Of a DNA stretch of 64,000 nucleotides, positions 20,351-30,660 are shown one piece after another (the first letter of the stretch is position 1; each line of letters starts with the position of its first letter). The translations under genes were made by a program, and so were the position numbers. The notes beneath the pieces were generated by a model. The model was not told the DNA's origin. It worked only from the letters and a program-made list of their open reading frames with translations, and made no database searches. Source of the DNA: a virus. The stretch covers positions 36,564-100,563 of IMG/VR virus record IMGVR_UViG_3300008267_000009; one strand, written 5' to 3'.

Positions 20351-21151
20351 ATGAGTAACGACTTAAAGTGGATGCTGTCATCAGACCAGCAATTCCCATA
20401 TCAAGATGACAAGATGATAGCTCTATGGTTTAAGGTTATGAAGTGGTTTAAGCCAGATGTAGTAGATTATTTGGGAGACACAGATGATCAAGCATGCTAC
20501 AGCAAATATAATGAAGGCTTGTCCTCAGAATTTCTTGCATTGCATAAGACTGACAGTAAGGATTTAATTGTTCCAATGATGCGTCATGAAGCAAAGGGAG
20601 CAAGAGATTTTTATGCAAAGACTAGAGAGATGTTACCAGATGCTCAGCTTTTTTCTGCTTTAGGAAATCACGATATTAGAATTTTTAATTACATGGATGC
20701 AAAGCTTCCAGAATATTTAAAAGAAGTAACACCAGAAACTCTTTGGAATTTAGACTCATTAGGTTATGAATATATATATTATGACTCTTTGCCAAAGCGT
20801 CGCTTTGGTGACGTGCATGTCCACCATGGAATCTCAATATCTGCAACTGGATCAGTAAGAAAAGATATGGAAGATCTTCAGGTATCTTTAATTAGAGGAC
20901 ACTCACACAGAATTGCCTCACACATGGTAACATATGAATTAAGAAATAATGGCGAAGGAGAAACCCTTCGTGGATATGAGATTGGTCACATGTGTGATGA
21001 AAAGGGGCCAGGGATGAAGTATACCCAGCACCACGACTGGCAAAAAGGTTTTGCTATTGCACATATTGTAAATGATTATCCTCACATTCAAATGATTCAT
21101 GTGTCCCCAGACTACTCTTGCGTTGTGGACGGAAAGGTGTTTACTCTATAA
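20351..21151 (+). CDS. Calcineurin-like metallophosphoesterase
   Basis: SDQQ, LGDTDD, GNHD, HHG, GHSH motifs. Confidence 0.85.
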   Translation: MSNDLKWMLSSDQQFPYQDDKMIALWFKVMKWFKPDVVDYLGDTDDQACYSKYNEGLSSEFLALHKTDSKDLIVPMMRHEAKGARDFYAKTREMLPDAQLFSALGNHDIRIFNYMDAKLPEYLKEVTPETLWNLDSLGYEYIYYDSLPKRRFGDVHVHHGISISATGSVRKDMEDLQVSLIRGHSHRIASHMVTYELRNNGEGETLRGYEIGHMCDEKGPGMKYTQHHDWQKGFAIAHIVNDYPHIQMIHVSPDYSCVVDGKVFTL

Positions 21152-21336
21152 TGTGGTGCGGAAAATGTGGTGGAAGAGTATTCGTTGATCGAGTATTTTC
21201 ACAAAAGCTTCACGTAGAAGTGTTCTGTATACTTTGCGGAAAACGTAATATGATTAATAAAGAAACGAGTGCGTTTGGAAAATGGCTAGAGAGAAAAGAA
21301 ACAGCAAATCAAAAAGCTTACGGTATTTCTTCTTAA
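21151..21336 (+). CDS. Small Zn-ribbon protein
   Basis: CGKCGG...CILCG; ATG overlaps upstream stop. Confidence 0.7.
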   Translation: MWCGKCGGRVFVDRVFSQKLHVEVFCILCGKRNMINKETSAFGKWLERKETANQKAYGISS

Positions 21337-21761
21337 ACGATAAAATACATAAAGTTTTAAAGTTATCTAGAGCAAAAGACGAACTAGTTTCCTGGTGCTA
21401 CCCAGATAAAAAAAGATATTTATATTCTTATTCTCAAGTTAAAAAGAATATGGAAAACGCTTACGATATTAATCAAGTTGGATTTATGCTTAACAAGCAC
21501 AAAGTTACAATAATAGATTATATATTAGAAGGAAAAATATCTGCTCCTCAGAAGGTGTACCCTATTGGAAATCCAGGTAGTAAATGGTCTAAGTATATGT
21601 TTAGTCAAAAAGACATTTTAGACATACATGAATTTATTTTAGACTCTGGACATTCTTTAGAGTTGCCATCACGCTCAGAATTATTAGCTCTTCTCAAACA
21701 CAACATTATATTGTATACTAAGACCGATAACGGATTCGTACCAGTATGGAAGGCGGAGTAA
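21282..21761 (+). CDS. Putative DNA-binding (MerR/excisionase-like HTH) protein
   Basis: YDINQVGFMLNKHKVTIIDYILEGKI HTH-like segment. Confidence 0.55.
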   Translation: MAREKRNSKSKSLRYFFLNDKIHKVLKLSRAKDELVSWCYPDKKRYLYSYSQVKKNMENAYDINQVGFMLNKHKVTIIDYILEGKISAPQKVYPIGNPGSKWSKYMFSQKDILDIHEFILDSGHSLELPSRSELLALLKHNIILYTKTDNGFVPVWKAE

Positions 21762-21871
21762 TGGCAAGTAGCAGAATTGTAATTTGCCCAGATTGTAACA
21801 AAGAGCTTGAAGTTAGATCTGATTTTGCACACCTAACATTATCTAACCATATTAAAAAGGAGCATAAATGA
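21761..21871 (+). CDS. 36-aa C2H2-type Zn-finger microprotein (not in ORF track)
   Basis: MASSRIVICPDCNKELEVRSDFAHLTLSNHIKKEHK; translationally coupled both sides. Confidence 0.7.
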   Translation: MASSRIVICPDCNKELEVRSDFAHLTLSNHIKKEHK

Positions 21872-22071
21872 CAACGAGAGTTAAGGTAGACCTTTCATTT
21901 ACACGTAATCTAGGCAATTATGAAAGCATTAAGATTGGTGTCGGCATAGAAGATGATGTAAGATCTGGAGAAAATGTTGATGCGGCAACAGAGCGTGTCT
22001 ATAAGTTTGTTGAAAATAAACTAATTGAAAAGACAACTGAGATAGAGAAAGAGCTAAAAGATGGCAAATAA
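21868..22071 (+). CDS. Phage hypothetical protein
   Basis: TRNLGNYESIKI motif; AGGAG SD. Confidence 0.7.
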   Translation: MTTRVKVDLSFTRNLGNYESIKIGVGIEDDVRSGENVDAATERVYKFVENKLIEKTTEIEKELKDGK

Positions 22072-22384
22072 TAAAGAGCCTTACATAATGCTGACTTTAT
22101 ATCAAAACCTATACAAGCAAAAATATAACACTGCTCCTAAAATTAATAAGTTTAGAGAAAAGTGGGCTATGCAAGATGTTATAGATAGCGTAGGTCTAGA
22201 ACGTGCAATAGAGATATTAGAGTATTACTTTAGTCTGCAAAAATCTGGGCACCCACTAAATTTCTTTTTCTATAATTTTGATAAAATGGAAGCTGCTATT
22301 ATTGCTATTAAAAAAGATAAAGAGGCAAGGAAAGCCTTGCTAGAAAAAACTAAAACGTTAGTAGAAAAAGGCGGTATAGAATGA
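22061..22384 (+). CDS. Hypothetical protein (possible helicase loader)
   Basis: Coupled directly upstream of DnaB; function by position only. Confidence 0.55.
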   Translation: MANNKEPYIMLTLYQNLYKQKYNTAPKINKFREKWAMQDVIDSVGLERAIEILEYYFSLQKSGHPLNFFFYNFDKMEAAIIAIKKDKEARKALLEKTKTLVEKGGIE

Positions 22385-23628
22385 ATACTGAGGCAACATT
22401 AATTTCTGCAGTATGTAAGAATAAAGACATCAGTGTACTTCTTGCTGATAATGTTGATGAAATTTTTACATCACATAGAGATATTTGGGAGGGCTTAAAG
22501 TCTTATTATTATAAGTTTAAAGCAGTTCCAGAAGTTGGTATTCTTCAAGAAAAGTTTAAAGACTTTGATCCAGACACAAACATTAAAGGCGAAACCGCAT
22601 ACTACTTGGATAAGTTAAAGAATGAATATCTTACTAGCAGAATTAAGAATATAATTCTTAAGGGTGGCTCTATGCTAAAAGAAGATGCTGCTTCAAGAGT
22701 TTTGTCTCAAATGCAAAGTCAGCTTTCTATGCTTAGTAAATTTACAAATAATGTTAGAGACCTAGAAGTTACAGATATTGAAAATGCTACTAAGCACTTT
22801 GAGTCAGTTAAACTTCGCTCTGCAACAATGGGTGGGTCCCCAGGAATTAAAACAGGGTTTGAAGCAATTGATTTAGCGTATCCAACTGGTATGGCTCCAG
22901 GACATTTAATTGTTGCTATTGGTTGGCCAGGACGAGGAAAAACTTGGTTTACATCTTACCTTGCATGTAAAGCTTGGGAGCAAGGATTTAAGCCAATGAT
23001 TGTTTCTCTTGAAATGTCTCCAGAAAATATGCGTGACCGCATTTACACAATGATGGGTTCAGGACTATTTCGTGCTAGCGATTTATCAAAGGGAGAAATT
23101 AATATTGATGATTTTCGTTCATGGGGACAAAAGAAGTTTGATAATAAAAACGGATTTGTTCTTGTCTCAAATGAGGGAATGTCAGAAGTAACTCCAGCAA
23201 CCATTCAAGGTAAAATTGATCAGCATAAACCAGACCTAGTTATCTTAGACTATCACCAACTTTTTTCTGATAATAAAAAGAGTATGGGCGCAACAGAGCG
23301 TAATATGAATATATCTCGTGAGTTTAAAATGCTTGCAATGACAAACAATATTCCTATTATTGATATTACTGCAGCGACAATGGATGATGTATCAGATCAA
23401 GATAATCCACCAATGCTTTCCCAAGTTGCTTGGTCTAAGGCTATCGAATATGATGCAGATATGGCTATTGCTATTCATAAGTATACTGGTACAAATATGA
23501 TTGAGGTTGTATCTAGAAAGAATAGACATGGACAAGAATTTGGAATGTATTTAGATTGGGACATCAACAGAGGTCTTGTAAAGGAAATATACGAAAACCC
23601 ATTTGCAAATGACTCATCGAAGAATTAA
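22381..23628 (+). CDS. dnaB: Replicative DNA helicase
   Basis: Walker A GWPGRGKT, SLEMS, ILDY, IEYDAD, KNRHG motifs. Confidence 0.93.
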   Translation: MNTEATLISAVCKNKDISVLLADNVDEIFTSHRDIWEGLKSYYYKFKAVPEVGILQEKFKDFDPDTNIKGETAYYLDKLKNEYLTSRIKNIILKGGSMLKEDAASRVLSQMQSQLSMLSKFTNNVRDLEVTDIENATKHFESVKLRSATMGGSPGIKTGFEAIDLAYPTGMAPGHLIVAIGWPGRGKTWFTSYLACKAWEQGFKPMIVSLEMSPENMRDRIYTMMGSGLFRASDLSKGEINIDDFRSWGQKKFDNKNGFVLVSNEGMSEVTPATIQGKIDQHKPDLVILDYHQLFSDNKKSMGATERNMNISREFKMLAMTNNIPIIDITAATMDDVSDQDNPPMLSQVAWSKAIEYDADMAIAIHKYTGTNMIEVVSRKNRHGQEFGMYLDWDINRGLVKEIYENPFANDSSKN

Positions 23629-23911
23629 AAGATTTCAGGTTCAGGTTGAGTTTCATGATAATTCTCAACTTATAAGCTTAAGGCCTCAGTATGAAAACTT
23701 GTTAATTCAAGATATGCGTGGCAAAGGATACATCAGGGTACTTGACATAGATCCAGCTTTTTCGGTAGAATTTACTGGTGAAACATGGAAGTTCTTAATG
23801 AGCATTCATGGCGTTTATGTAGGAAAGAAGAAGGCATGGCAATTAGAGGGTACAACACAGAACAAATTGATACCACGAGCTACTCACCAGCCCACATCAA
23901 GTCTGTCCTAA
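23609..23911 (+). CDS. Hypothetical protein
   Basis: Overlaps dnaB end and primase start; typical codon use. Confidence 0.6.
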   Translation: MTHRRIKRFQVQVEFHDNSQLISLRPQYENLLIQDMRGKGYIRVLDIDPAFSVEFTGETWKFLMSIHGVYVGKKKAWQLEGTTQNKLIPRATHQPTSSLS

Positions 23912-24834
23912 AATCTTTAGGGCTTAGTATAACTGGAGAAACTTCTAACGACTTTCTTTGCTACTGCCCATTTCATTCTAATAGACATACTTCAAGTTTT
24001 AGCGTTAGTCGTGAAAAGGGTGCATTTATATGCTTTAACCCATCCTGCGGAGAAGCTGGAACACTACAAGAGCTAGTTAAAAGAATTACAAATAAAAATG
24101 AGTTTGAAGCTATGAGATTTATATCTTCAAAAGAATCCGAAGCTTTAGAAAATTTTGATGAACTACTTGCAGAATCACTAGAAGAAAAGCCAACTTTTGA
24201 AGAGTTCTCTAAAGAAACTCTTGCAAAATTAAACGACGACCTTGTAACAGAATGGAGAGCACAAAAGTATTTTGAGTCCAGAGGCATTAAAATGGAGTCT
24301 GGAAAATACTTTAATTTAGGATATTCAAAGAATATGGATATGGTAACGGTACCAGTACATAGCCCAGATGGAATGCCTATCGGTATTGTTGCTAGATCAA
24401 TTGAAGGTAAAACTTTTAAAAATAGTACAAATTTGCCTAAGAGTAAAACGCTATTTAATATACACCGTGCTAAAAAAATTGGAGACCATGTAATAGTTGT
24501 TGAGTCTAGCTTTGATGCAATTCGTGTTCATCAAGCAGGATTTCCAAATGTTGTTGCTACTTTAGGAGGATTTCTTTCTACGGAACAACACAATTTGCTT
24601 AATAGGCATTTTAATAAAATAACTATAATGACAGATGCAGATACTGCAGGCAGGGAGCTAGGTAAAAGTATTGCTTCAAAATTAAAGTTTAAAGACCTAT
24701 TGTGGGCTTCCTATGAATATGGTAGAATATATCCTCATGATGCAAAAGATGCTGGCGATATGACCGATGAAGAAATAAAAATATGCATTAAAAATTCTGT
24801 TTCCGATATGGAATACAGATCTTGGAACTCGTGA
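23836..24834 (+). CDS. dnaG: DNA primase
   Basis: CPFH...CFNPSC Zn finger; TOPRIM VESSFD and DADTAG. Confidence 0.92.
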   Translation: MAIRGYNTEQIDTTSYSPAHIKSVLKSLGLSITGETSNDFLCYCPFHSNRHTSSFSVSREKGAFICFNPSCGEAGTLQELVKRITNKNEFEAMRFISSKESEALENFDELLAESLEEKPTFEEFSKETLAKLNDDLVTEWRAQKYFESRGIKMESGKYFNLGYSKNMDMVTVPVHSPDGMPIGIVARSIEGKTFKNSTNLPKSKTLFNIHRAKKIGDHVIVVESSFDAIRVHQAGFPNVVATLGGFLSTEQHNLLNRHFNKITIMTDADTAGRELGKSIASKLKFKDLLWASYEYGRIYPHDAKDAGDMTDEEIKICIKNSVSDMEYRSWNS

Positions 24835-24866
24835 TATAATGAAAACACAGATGGATATATACCATC
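24832..24866 (+). promoter_or_regulatory. Extended -10 promoter and 5' leader hairpin of ssb
   Basis: TGA-TATAAT 24835-24840; GATGG-ATATATA-CCATC. Confidence 0.55.
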
Positions 24867-24888
24867 AACTACAAACAAGGAGATATAA

Positions 24889-25560
24889 ATGAGTATAGTA
24901 AAGGGTCTAAAAGACCTAAACAAGGCATTGGACAAGCCTACTTATAGCGGTGGAGAAGACAATAAAGGTCGCTGGCTAAAGATTGAAGATGGAGAAAGCG
25001 TAAAGATTCGCTTTTTGCAAGAGTTGGATCCAGACTCACCAACATACAACGATAAGCTAGGTTGTGGATTTATTGCGTTAGAGCATACTAATCCAAAAGA
25101 CTATCGTCGTAAAGCATTAGATACAATGGAAACAGAAGGTCGTGATTGGGCTAACGAGCAACATCGTAAAGACCCAAAGGCTGGTTGGAAAGCTAGAACA
25201 CGTTTATATATTAACGTATTGGTGGATGACGGTAAGGAAGAGCCATACGTAGCAATTCTTTCACAAGGTACAAGCGGTAAAACAATTACGCCAACGCTAA
25301 TTGAATATGCTGGTGAAATGGGAAGCATTTCAAACCTAATGTGGCGCATTAAGCGCTCAGGCTCAAAAACAGATACAAGTTATACAATCATTCCTTTAGC
25401 TAAGGATGAGACTCCTTTCGACTCATCTGGGCTAACATTGTATGACTTAGAAAAAACTGCGGTTCGTCATGTTCCATATGCGGAACAAGAAGCATTCTAT
25501 ATGGGCGAATCTCAGGATAAAGAAGAAGCCTCTTCAACAAGCAACAATTTGGAGTGGTAA
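24889..25560 (+). CDS. Single-stranded DNA-binding protein (gp32-like)
   Basis: WLKIEDGESVKIRFL, IKRSG.KTDTSY, acidic tail ending EW; replication context. Confidence 0.75.
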   Translation: MSIVKGLKDLNKALDKPTYSGGEDNKGRWLKIEDGESVKIRFLQELDPDSPTYNDKLGCGFIALEHTNPKDYRRKALDTMETEGRDWANEQHRKDPKAGWKARTRLYINVLVDDGKEEPYVAILSQGTSGKTITPTLIEYAGEMGSISNLMWRIKRSGSKTDTSYTIIPLAKDETPFDSSGLTLYDLEKTAVRHVPYAEQEAFYMGESQDKEEASSTSNNLEW

Positions 25561-25561
25561 T

Positions 25562-25612
25562 TATATACAATGAGGCCAGTCTATTGACTGGCCTCATTGC
25601 ATATAGTAGAAT
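25562..25612 (+). promoter_or_regulatory. Perfect 14-bp inverted repeat containing the -35 of a leaderless promoter
   Basis: CAATGAGGCCAGTC-TATT-GACTGGCCTCATTG; TTGACT 25584-89, 17 nt, TAGAAT 25607-12, ATG 6 nt later. Confidence 0.75.
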
Positions 25613-25618
25613 AGCAAA

Positions 25619-25825
25619 ATGAAATCATACGACATACCAGACCCATTTACGCAGTTTCGTATAGATAAATACAACCGCACAAAAGGATTACGATACGATT
25701 TCTTTTCTGGCGAATGGGACATGGAATGTGGTTGTTGTGGTGAGCCACTCAGTGCTCCAAACCGAAAGACTATGACAAAGATTAGACTTTATCATACTAG
25801 AAATGAATGTTTAGGCGGATACTAA
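25619..25825 (+). CDS. Small Zn-binding protein
   Basis: CGCCG...HTRNEC. Confidence 0.65.
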   Translation: MKSYDIPDPFTQFRIDKYNRTKGLRYDFFSGEWDMECGCCGEPLSAPNRKTMTKIRLYHTRNECLGGY

Positions 25826-28800
25826 TGAATTTTACACATTTACATGTTCACTCCTACTATTCATTAATGGATGGACTAAATTCTCCAAAAGAGTTATGCC
25901 AAGCTGCCCTAGATGCTGGTCAAACTTCAATTGCAATCACAGATCATGGTACAATTTCTTCACATAGAGATATGCAAATAGCAGCAAAAGAACTGGGCAT
26001 AAAGCCTATTCTTGGCGTAGAGGCTTATATCTCTTCAACAGATAGATTTGATAGATCTTCTAAAACAGATAAAAGTATACAAGCGTATAACCACATTATT
26101 TTATTGGCTAAAAACCAAATTGGTTTAAATAATATTAATGTCTTGCAGGAAATTGCTTGGAACGAGGGTTTTTATCACAAGCCACGTATTGATAGAGAGG
26201 TTTTAAAAGAATATGCGGAAGGTATTATTGTTCTTAGCGGATGCCTTAATGGGCTTATTAGTAAGTGCATCGAAAAAGGCGAATTGGGAGAAGCAAAGCT
26301 TATACTCAAAGATTTTAAAAAAACTTTTCAAGAAGATTTTTATGTTGAAGTACAGTCTCATAATCCGCCAGAAATAAACTCTGCTCTTCTTAAACTTGCT
26401 GATGAGCTTAAAATTAAGGCGGTGGCAACTGGAGATGCTCACTTTGCTAAAGAAGAAGATAGAGTATTAGAAGAAGCCATGCTTATTCTTTCAACATCTC
26501 CTAAAGTAGATAAAGATGCAGATGTTGAAATGTCTAGAAATATAAAGGACATTAATGAAAGATTAAACTATCTTTATCCAGATAGAAAAATATCATTTCA
26601 GGATATGAATTTGTTTATTCAAACTCGTTCCGAAATTGAGGCAGACTTTAATAAGTCAGGTATTAATCGAACAGACATTTACGATAATACCATGGAGATA
26701 GCCTCTAAAATTGAAGAATACGATTTTAACAGGGGTCTAGACCTATTGCCTGTACCTAAGACCAATGCCGACCAAAAGCTCCGCCAAATGGCCCTAGAAG
26801 GCCTTAAAAGGCTAAACAGGGACGAGGATCAGACCTACCTAGATAGAATTGAAGAAGAGTTATCTATAATTAAAGATAAGGCATTTGCGTCCTACTTTTT
26901 AGTTGTTGCAGATATGATTAACTGGGCTAAAGGCCAAAATATTATGGTTGGTCCAGGTCGAGGTTCTGCTGCTGGCTCTTTAGTCTGCTATGCCCTTGGT
27001 ATTACAGATGTAGATCCAATTGAATATAACCTACTGTTTTTTAGATTTATTAATCCAGAGCGTAATGACTTTCCAGATATTGATACAGATTTTGAAGATC
27101 GTCGTCGCAAAGAAGTTAAGGATTATTTAAAAAAGAAATTTAAGCACGTTGCGTCTATTTCAACATATACTTATTTTAAAGATAAGGGTGTAATTCGTGA
27201 TGCTGCTCGTGTATTTATGGTTCCACTTCAAGAAGTTAACCGTGCAACAAAACAAATAGACACGTTTGAAGATTTTTTAAGTTCTCCAAATACTAGAGAG
27301 TTTAGAGCCAAGTATCCAGAAGTTCAATGGTTGGCAGATAAACTTCGTGGAAGAATTAGATCTGTAGGAGTACATGCTGCTGGTGTTGTTGTTGCAAAAG
27401 ATGAACTTAGAAATTATGCTCCTGTAGAATCTAGAGCAGATGCTAATGATGATGTTTCTGGAAGAATTCCAGTTGTTGGATATGACATGGACACTGTGGC
27501 AGATATTGGACTTATCAAGCTTGATGCACTCGGCCTAAAAACACTTTCTGTAATATCTGATACATTAAAATCAATCAAAGAGCGCAGCGGTAAAGATGTA
27601 GATCTATCATCAATACCAATGGACGATAAAAAGGTTTATAAGAATTTGAGCGAAGGATATACTAAAGGCGTGTTTCAAGCAGAAGCAACTCCGTACACCA
27701 ATCTTCTTATAAAGATGGGTATTGATAAGTTTGAAGATCTAGTTGCATCAAATGCTTTGGTTAGACCAGGAGCTATGAATACTGTTGGCGCTTCTTATAT
27801 TAATAGAAAAAATGGCAAGGAAGCTGTAGATTATAGCCATACTATTATGAAGGAGTTTACTGAAAATACATATGGTGTTATTATATATCAGGAGCAGGTA
27901 ATGCAAGCCTGCGTATACCTAGGTGGTATGTCTTGGTCAGAGGCTGATAAGGTCCGCAAGATTATTGGAAAGAAAAAAGATGCAAAAGAATTCGACCAGT
28001 TCAAAGATCAGTTTATTACTGGGGCTTCAAAACACATTTCTCAGAAAAAAGCAGAAGAGCTCTGGCACGATTTTGAAGCTCACGCAGGTTATTCTTTTAA
28101 TCGCTCTCACGCCGTTGCTTACTCTATGCTTAGTTATTATACTGCTTGGCTTAAAACTTACTACCCGCTTGAGTTTATGTTTTCAGTTCTTAAAAACGAA
28201 AATGATAAAGATGCCAGAACAGAATATTTAATTGAGTGTAAAAGATTAGGATTAAAAATTCTCCTGCCTCATATTAATGAGTCAAAGCTTTATTTTTCAC
28301 TTCAAGGGGAAGCAATTAGATTTGGTTTATGTGAAATTAAATTTATTTCAGACAGTATTGCTAATAAAATAATAGAGAAAGGACCATATAAAAATTATGC
28401 TGAATTTATTGAAAGGGCATCGCAAAAAGGTAGCGGTATTAATAGTAGGGCTGTTTCTGCTCTTAATGCCGTGGGCGCTGCGGCGTTTGATGATAATCCA
28501 AGACAAGGTGACGAAAAAGAAAGATACTACGAGTTCTTAGGAATTCCTACATTTAACTTAGACTTACCTCCAAGAATTAAATCTCAAGCAAGACCTATCT
28601 CTGAATTTGATGACCTAGGATCGTTCGTGATGTTTGGAATGGTCAAGGGAATTAAAAGAGGTAATGGTTGGTCAAGAATAGAAATTGTAGATGAGACTGG
28701 TTCTATAGGATTATTCCATACAGAGCAAACACAAATTGAGTCTGGCCAGATGTATTTTGTATTAGTTGGAGACAATAGAATTGCAAGATATATTAAGGTT

Positions 28801-29091
28801 TCAGAAATAGATCCAAAGTCTAATGATTTGTTTGTAGACTATTTGTATAGAAAAGAATATGATATTGCAGAAGATGAATATGTTGTTGTAAACTTTACTC
28901 CATATAAAACTAAAGCTGGGAAAATGATGAGTCATATAGTTTTATCTAATAAAAATAAAGAGTTAACTAGAGTAATTGTTTTCCCAACAATGTACAAAAT
29001 GTCTTTAGCAAAAATGCGTGAAGGAATGAAATGTAAGCTAGTCTTGTCAAAACTAGATGATGGGACTTTAAACGTAAAGGAAATAAAATGA
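25825..29091 (+). CDS. dnaE: DNA polymerase III alpha subunit
   Basis: PHP HLHVHSYYSLMDG, GRGSAAGSL, PDIDTDF, YSFNRSHA; no intein. Confidence 0.97.
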   Translation: MNFTHLHVHSYYSLMDGLNSPKELCQAALDAGQTSIAITDHGTISSHRDMQIAAKELGIKPILGVEAYISSTDRFDRSSKTDKSIQAYNHIILLAKNQIGLNNINVLQEIAWNEGFYHKPRIDREVLKEYAEGIIVLSGCLNGLISKCIEKGELGEAKLILKDFKKTFQEDFYVEVQSHNPPEINSALLKLADELKIKAVATGDAHFAKEEDRVLEEAMLILSTSPKVDKDADVEMSRNIKDINERLNYLYPDRKISFQDMNLFIQTRSEIEADFNKSGINRTDIYDNTMEIASKIEEYDFNRGLDLLPVPKTNADQKLRQMALEGLKRLNRDEDQTYLDRIEEELSIIKDKAFASYFLVVADMINWAKGQNIMVGPGRGSAAGSLVCYALGITDVDPIEYNLLFFRFINPERNDFPDIDTDFEDRRRKEVKDYLKKKFKHVASISTYTYFKDKGVIRDAARVFMVPLQEVNRATKQIDTFEDFLSSPNTREFRAKYPEVQWLADKLRGRIRSVGVHAAGVVVAKDELRNYAPVESRADANDDVSGRIPVVGYDMDTVADIGLIKLDALGLKTLSVISDTLKSIKERSGKDVDLSSIPMDDKKVYKNLSEGYTKGVFQAEATPYTNLLIKMGIDKFEDLVASNALVRPGAMNTVGASYINRKNGKEAVDYSHTIMKEFTENTYGVIIYQEQVMQACVYLGGMSWSEADKVRKIIGKKKDAKEFDQFKDQFITGASKHISQKKAEELWHDFEAHAGYSFNRSHAVAYSMLSYYTAWLKTYYPLEFMFSVLKNENDKDARTEYLIECKRLGLKILLPHINESKLYFSLQGEAIRFGLCEIKFISDSIANKIIEKGPYKNYAEFIERASQKGSGINSRAVSALNAVGAAAFDDNPRQGDEKERYYEFLGIPTFNLDLPPRIKSQARPISEFDDLGSFVMFGMVKGIKRGNGWSRIEIVDETGSIGLFHTEQTQIESGQMYFVLVGDNRIARYIKVSEIDPKSNDLFVDYLYRKEYDIAEDEYVVVNFTPYKTKAGKMMSHIVLSNKNKELTRVIVFPTMYKMSLAKMREGMKCKLVLSKLDDGTLNVKEIK

Positions 29092-29288
29092 CAGAAGATA
29101 TTGATAGCTTAGTTCAATCAATAAGCATGAACCAAGTTTTGGTGGCATTGTTAGAAGAGTATGGAAAGCTAACAGTTCCAACCCTTAAGTTTTTAGATGT
29201 AGATATAAAAAATAAAGAGTTGGTAATAGATTATGATGAGGATGGCCCATCATTTACATTTAGTTTGAGAGATAAAAATGAACAGTAA
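29088..29288 (+). CDS. Hypothetical protein
   Basis: Coupled ORF with SD. Confidence 0.65.
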   Translation: MTEDIDSLVQSISMNQVLVALLEEYGKLTVPTLKFLDVDIKNKELVIDYDEDGPSFTFSLRDKNEQ

Positions 29289-29625
29289 TCAAATTGTAAC
29301 TGAGTATGGGTTAGATGCATTGTCTGCTATGCTGCATGAGACTGCAATACAAAAAGGATTTTGGGATGGAGAATATTCTAATGACAAGATTGGAAACAAG
29401 CTGGCTTTAGTACACTCAGAAGTTACTGAAGTTTTAGAAGCAATTAGAAAAAGTAAAGGCTCTGAAGAAGTTGTAGAAGAAATGGCCGATGTAATTATTA
29501 GGCTTCTAGACATTTATGCGGCAATGATGAATGAAGGATCTGTAACACATAGCCTAGATGAAATTTTAGACAAGAAAATTAATATAAATAAAGAGCGTCC
29601 AAGACTTCACGGGAACTTATTTTAA
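29278..29625 (+). CDS. MazG-like NTP pyrophosphohydrolase
   Basis: HSEVTEVLEA...EEMADVIIRLLD...KININKER. Confidence 0.85.
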   Translation: MNSNQIVTEYGLDALSAMLHETAIQKGFWDGEYSNDKIGNKLALVHSEVTEVLEAIRKSKGSEEVVEEMADVIIRLLDIYAAMMNEGSVTHSLDEILDKKININKERPRLHGNLF

Positions 29626-29655
29626 ATGGTATACTAGGAGAAAGAAAAGGTAAAT

Positions 29656-30660
29656 ATGAAAATAGATATAGATAGTGTACTATCAAAATTAGATCCAAAA
29701 ACAAGAGCAAGAGTTCAGTCAGCACAAGACGTTCAAGTTGAAAAACAACTTACGCCAAGTATTGGGCTAAACTTTGCGCTCCGTGGCGGTTTAGGTTACG
29801 GCAGACAAGTTCTTGTATGGGGAAATAAGTCCGCAGGAAAATCATCATTTTGTTTACAAATGATTGCTATTGCACAAAAGCAAGGTAAGACATGCGCTTG
29901 GATTGATGCTGAAGCTTCATATGATCAGTCTTGGGCAGAGTCTTTGGGAGTAGATTCATCTTCCCTTATTTATTCTCCAGCAAAAACTGTTAATGACATG
30001 GTTGATGTTGCAACTAAATTAATGGAAGCGGGAGTTGACATGATTGTTGTTGATTCAATTTCTGCATTACTTCCTGCAATTTATTTTGAAAAAGATGGAA
30101 ATGAAATGAAAGATTTGCAAGATACAAAGCAAATCGGCGCTGAAGCAAAGGATATGACCCACGCAGTCAAGATGTTAAATTATGCAAACAAAAACACACT
30201 ACTTGTTCTCATCTCACAACAGCGAAATCAATTTGGATCTATGCATGCTAGTCACATCCCCACGGGTGGCATGGCAGTCAAGTTCTTTTCTTCCACTGTC
30301 ATTAAGCTATGGTCGTCTGAAGCTGAGGCAAATGCTATTAAGGCTGGGATTAAAGTTGGCGACAAGATCATTGAACAAAGGGTTGGGCGACCAGTTAACT
30401 GGATTATTGATTACAACAAACTCGGCCCCCCAAATCTATCGGGACAGTACGACTTTTACTACCAAGGGGAAACTCTTGGTGTAGATAGAGTCGGAGAAAC
30501 TTTAGATGTCGCAGAAATGTGTGGTATTGTAGAAAAAGGTGGCGCATGGTATACAGTAAATGGAGAACGTTTTCAAGGACGTGCAAAGGCTGTAGCATAC
30601 TTAAGGGAAAATCCAGATGTTGCAGACAGCTTAGTCGAGGAAATAAATGCCAAATCTTAA
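29656..30660 (+). CDS. recA: RecA/UvsX-like recombinase
   Basis: GNKSAGKS Walker A, WIDAE, VVDSI, TGGMAVKFFSS, GAWY. Confidence 0.95.
   Translation: MKIDIDSVLSKLDPKTRARVQSAQDVQVEKQLTPSIGLNFALRGGLGYGRQVLVWGNKSAGKSSFCLQMIAIAQKQGKTCAWIDAEASYDQSWAESLGVDSSSLIYSPAKTVNDMVDVATKLMEAGVDMIVVDSISALLPAIYFEKDGNEMKDLQDTKQIGAEAKDMTHAVKMLNYANKNTLLVLISQQRNQFGSMHASHIPTGGMAVKFFSSTVIKLWSSEAEANAIKAGIKVGDKIIEQRVGRPVNWIIDYNKLGPPNLSGQYDFYYQGETLGVDRVGETLDVAEMCGIVEKGGAWYTVNGERFQGRAKAVAYLRENPDVADSLVEEINAKS

Noticed and set aside
30182-30484. +1-frame ORF nested in recA
   Set aside because: No SD or recognisable features; explained by recA codon bias.
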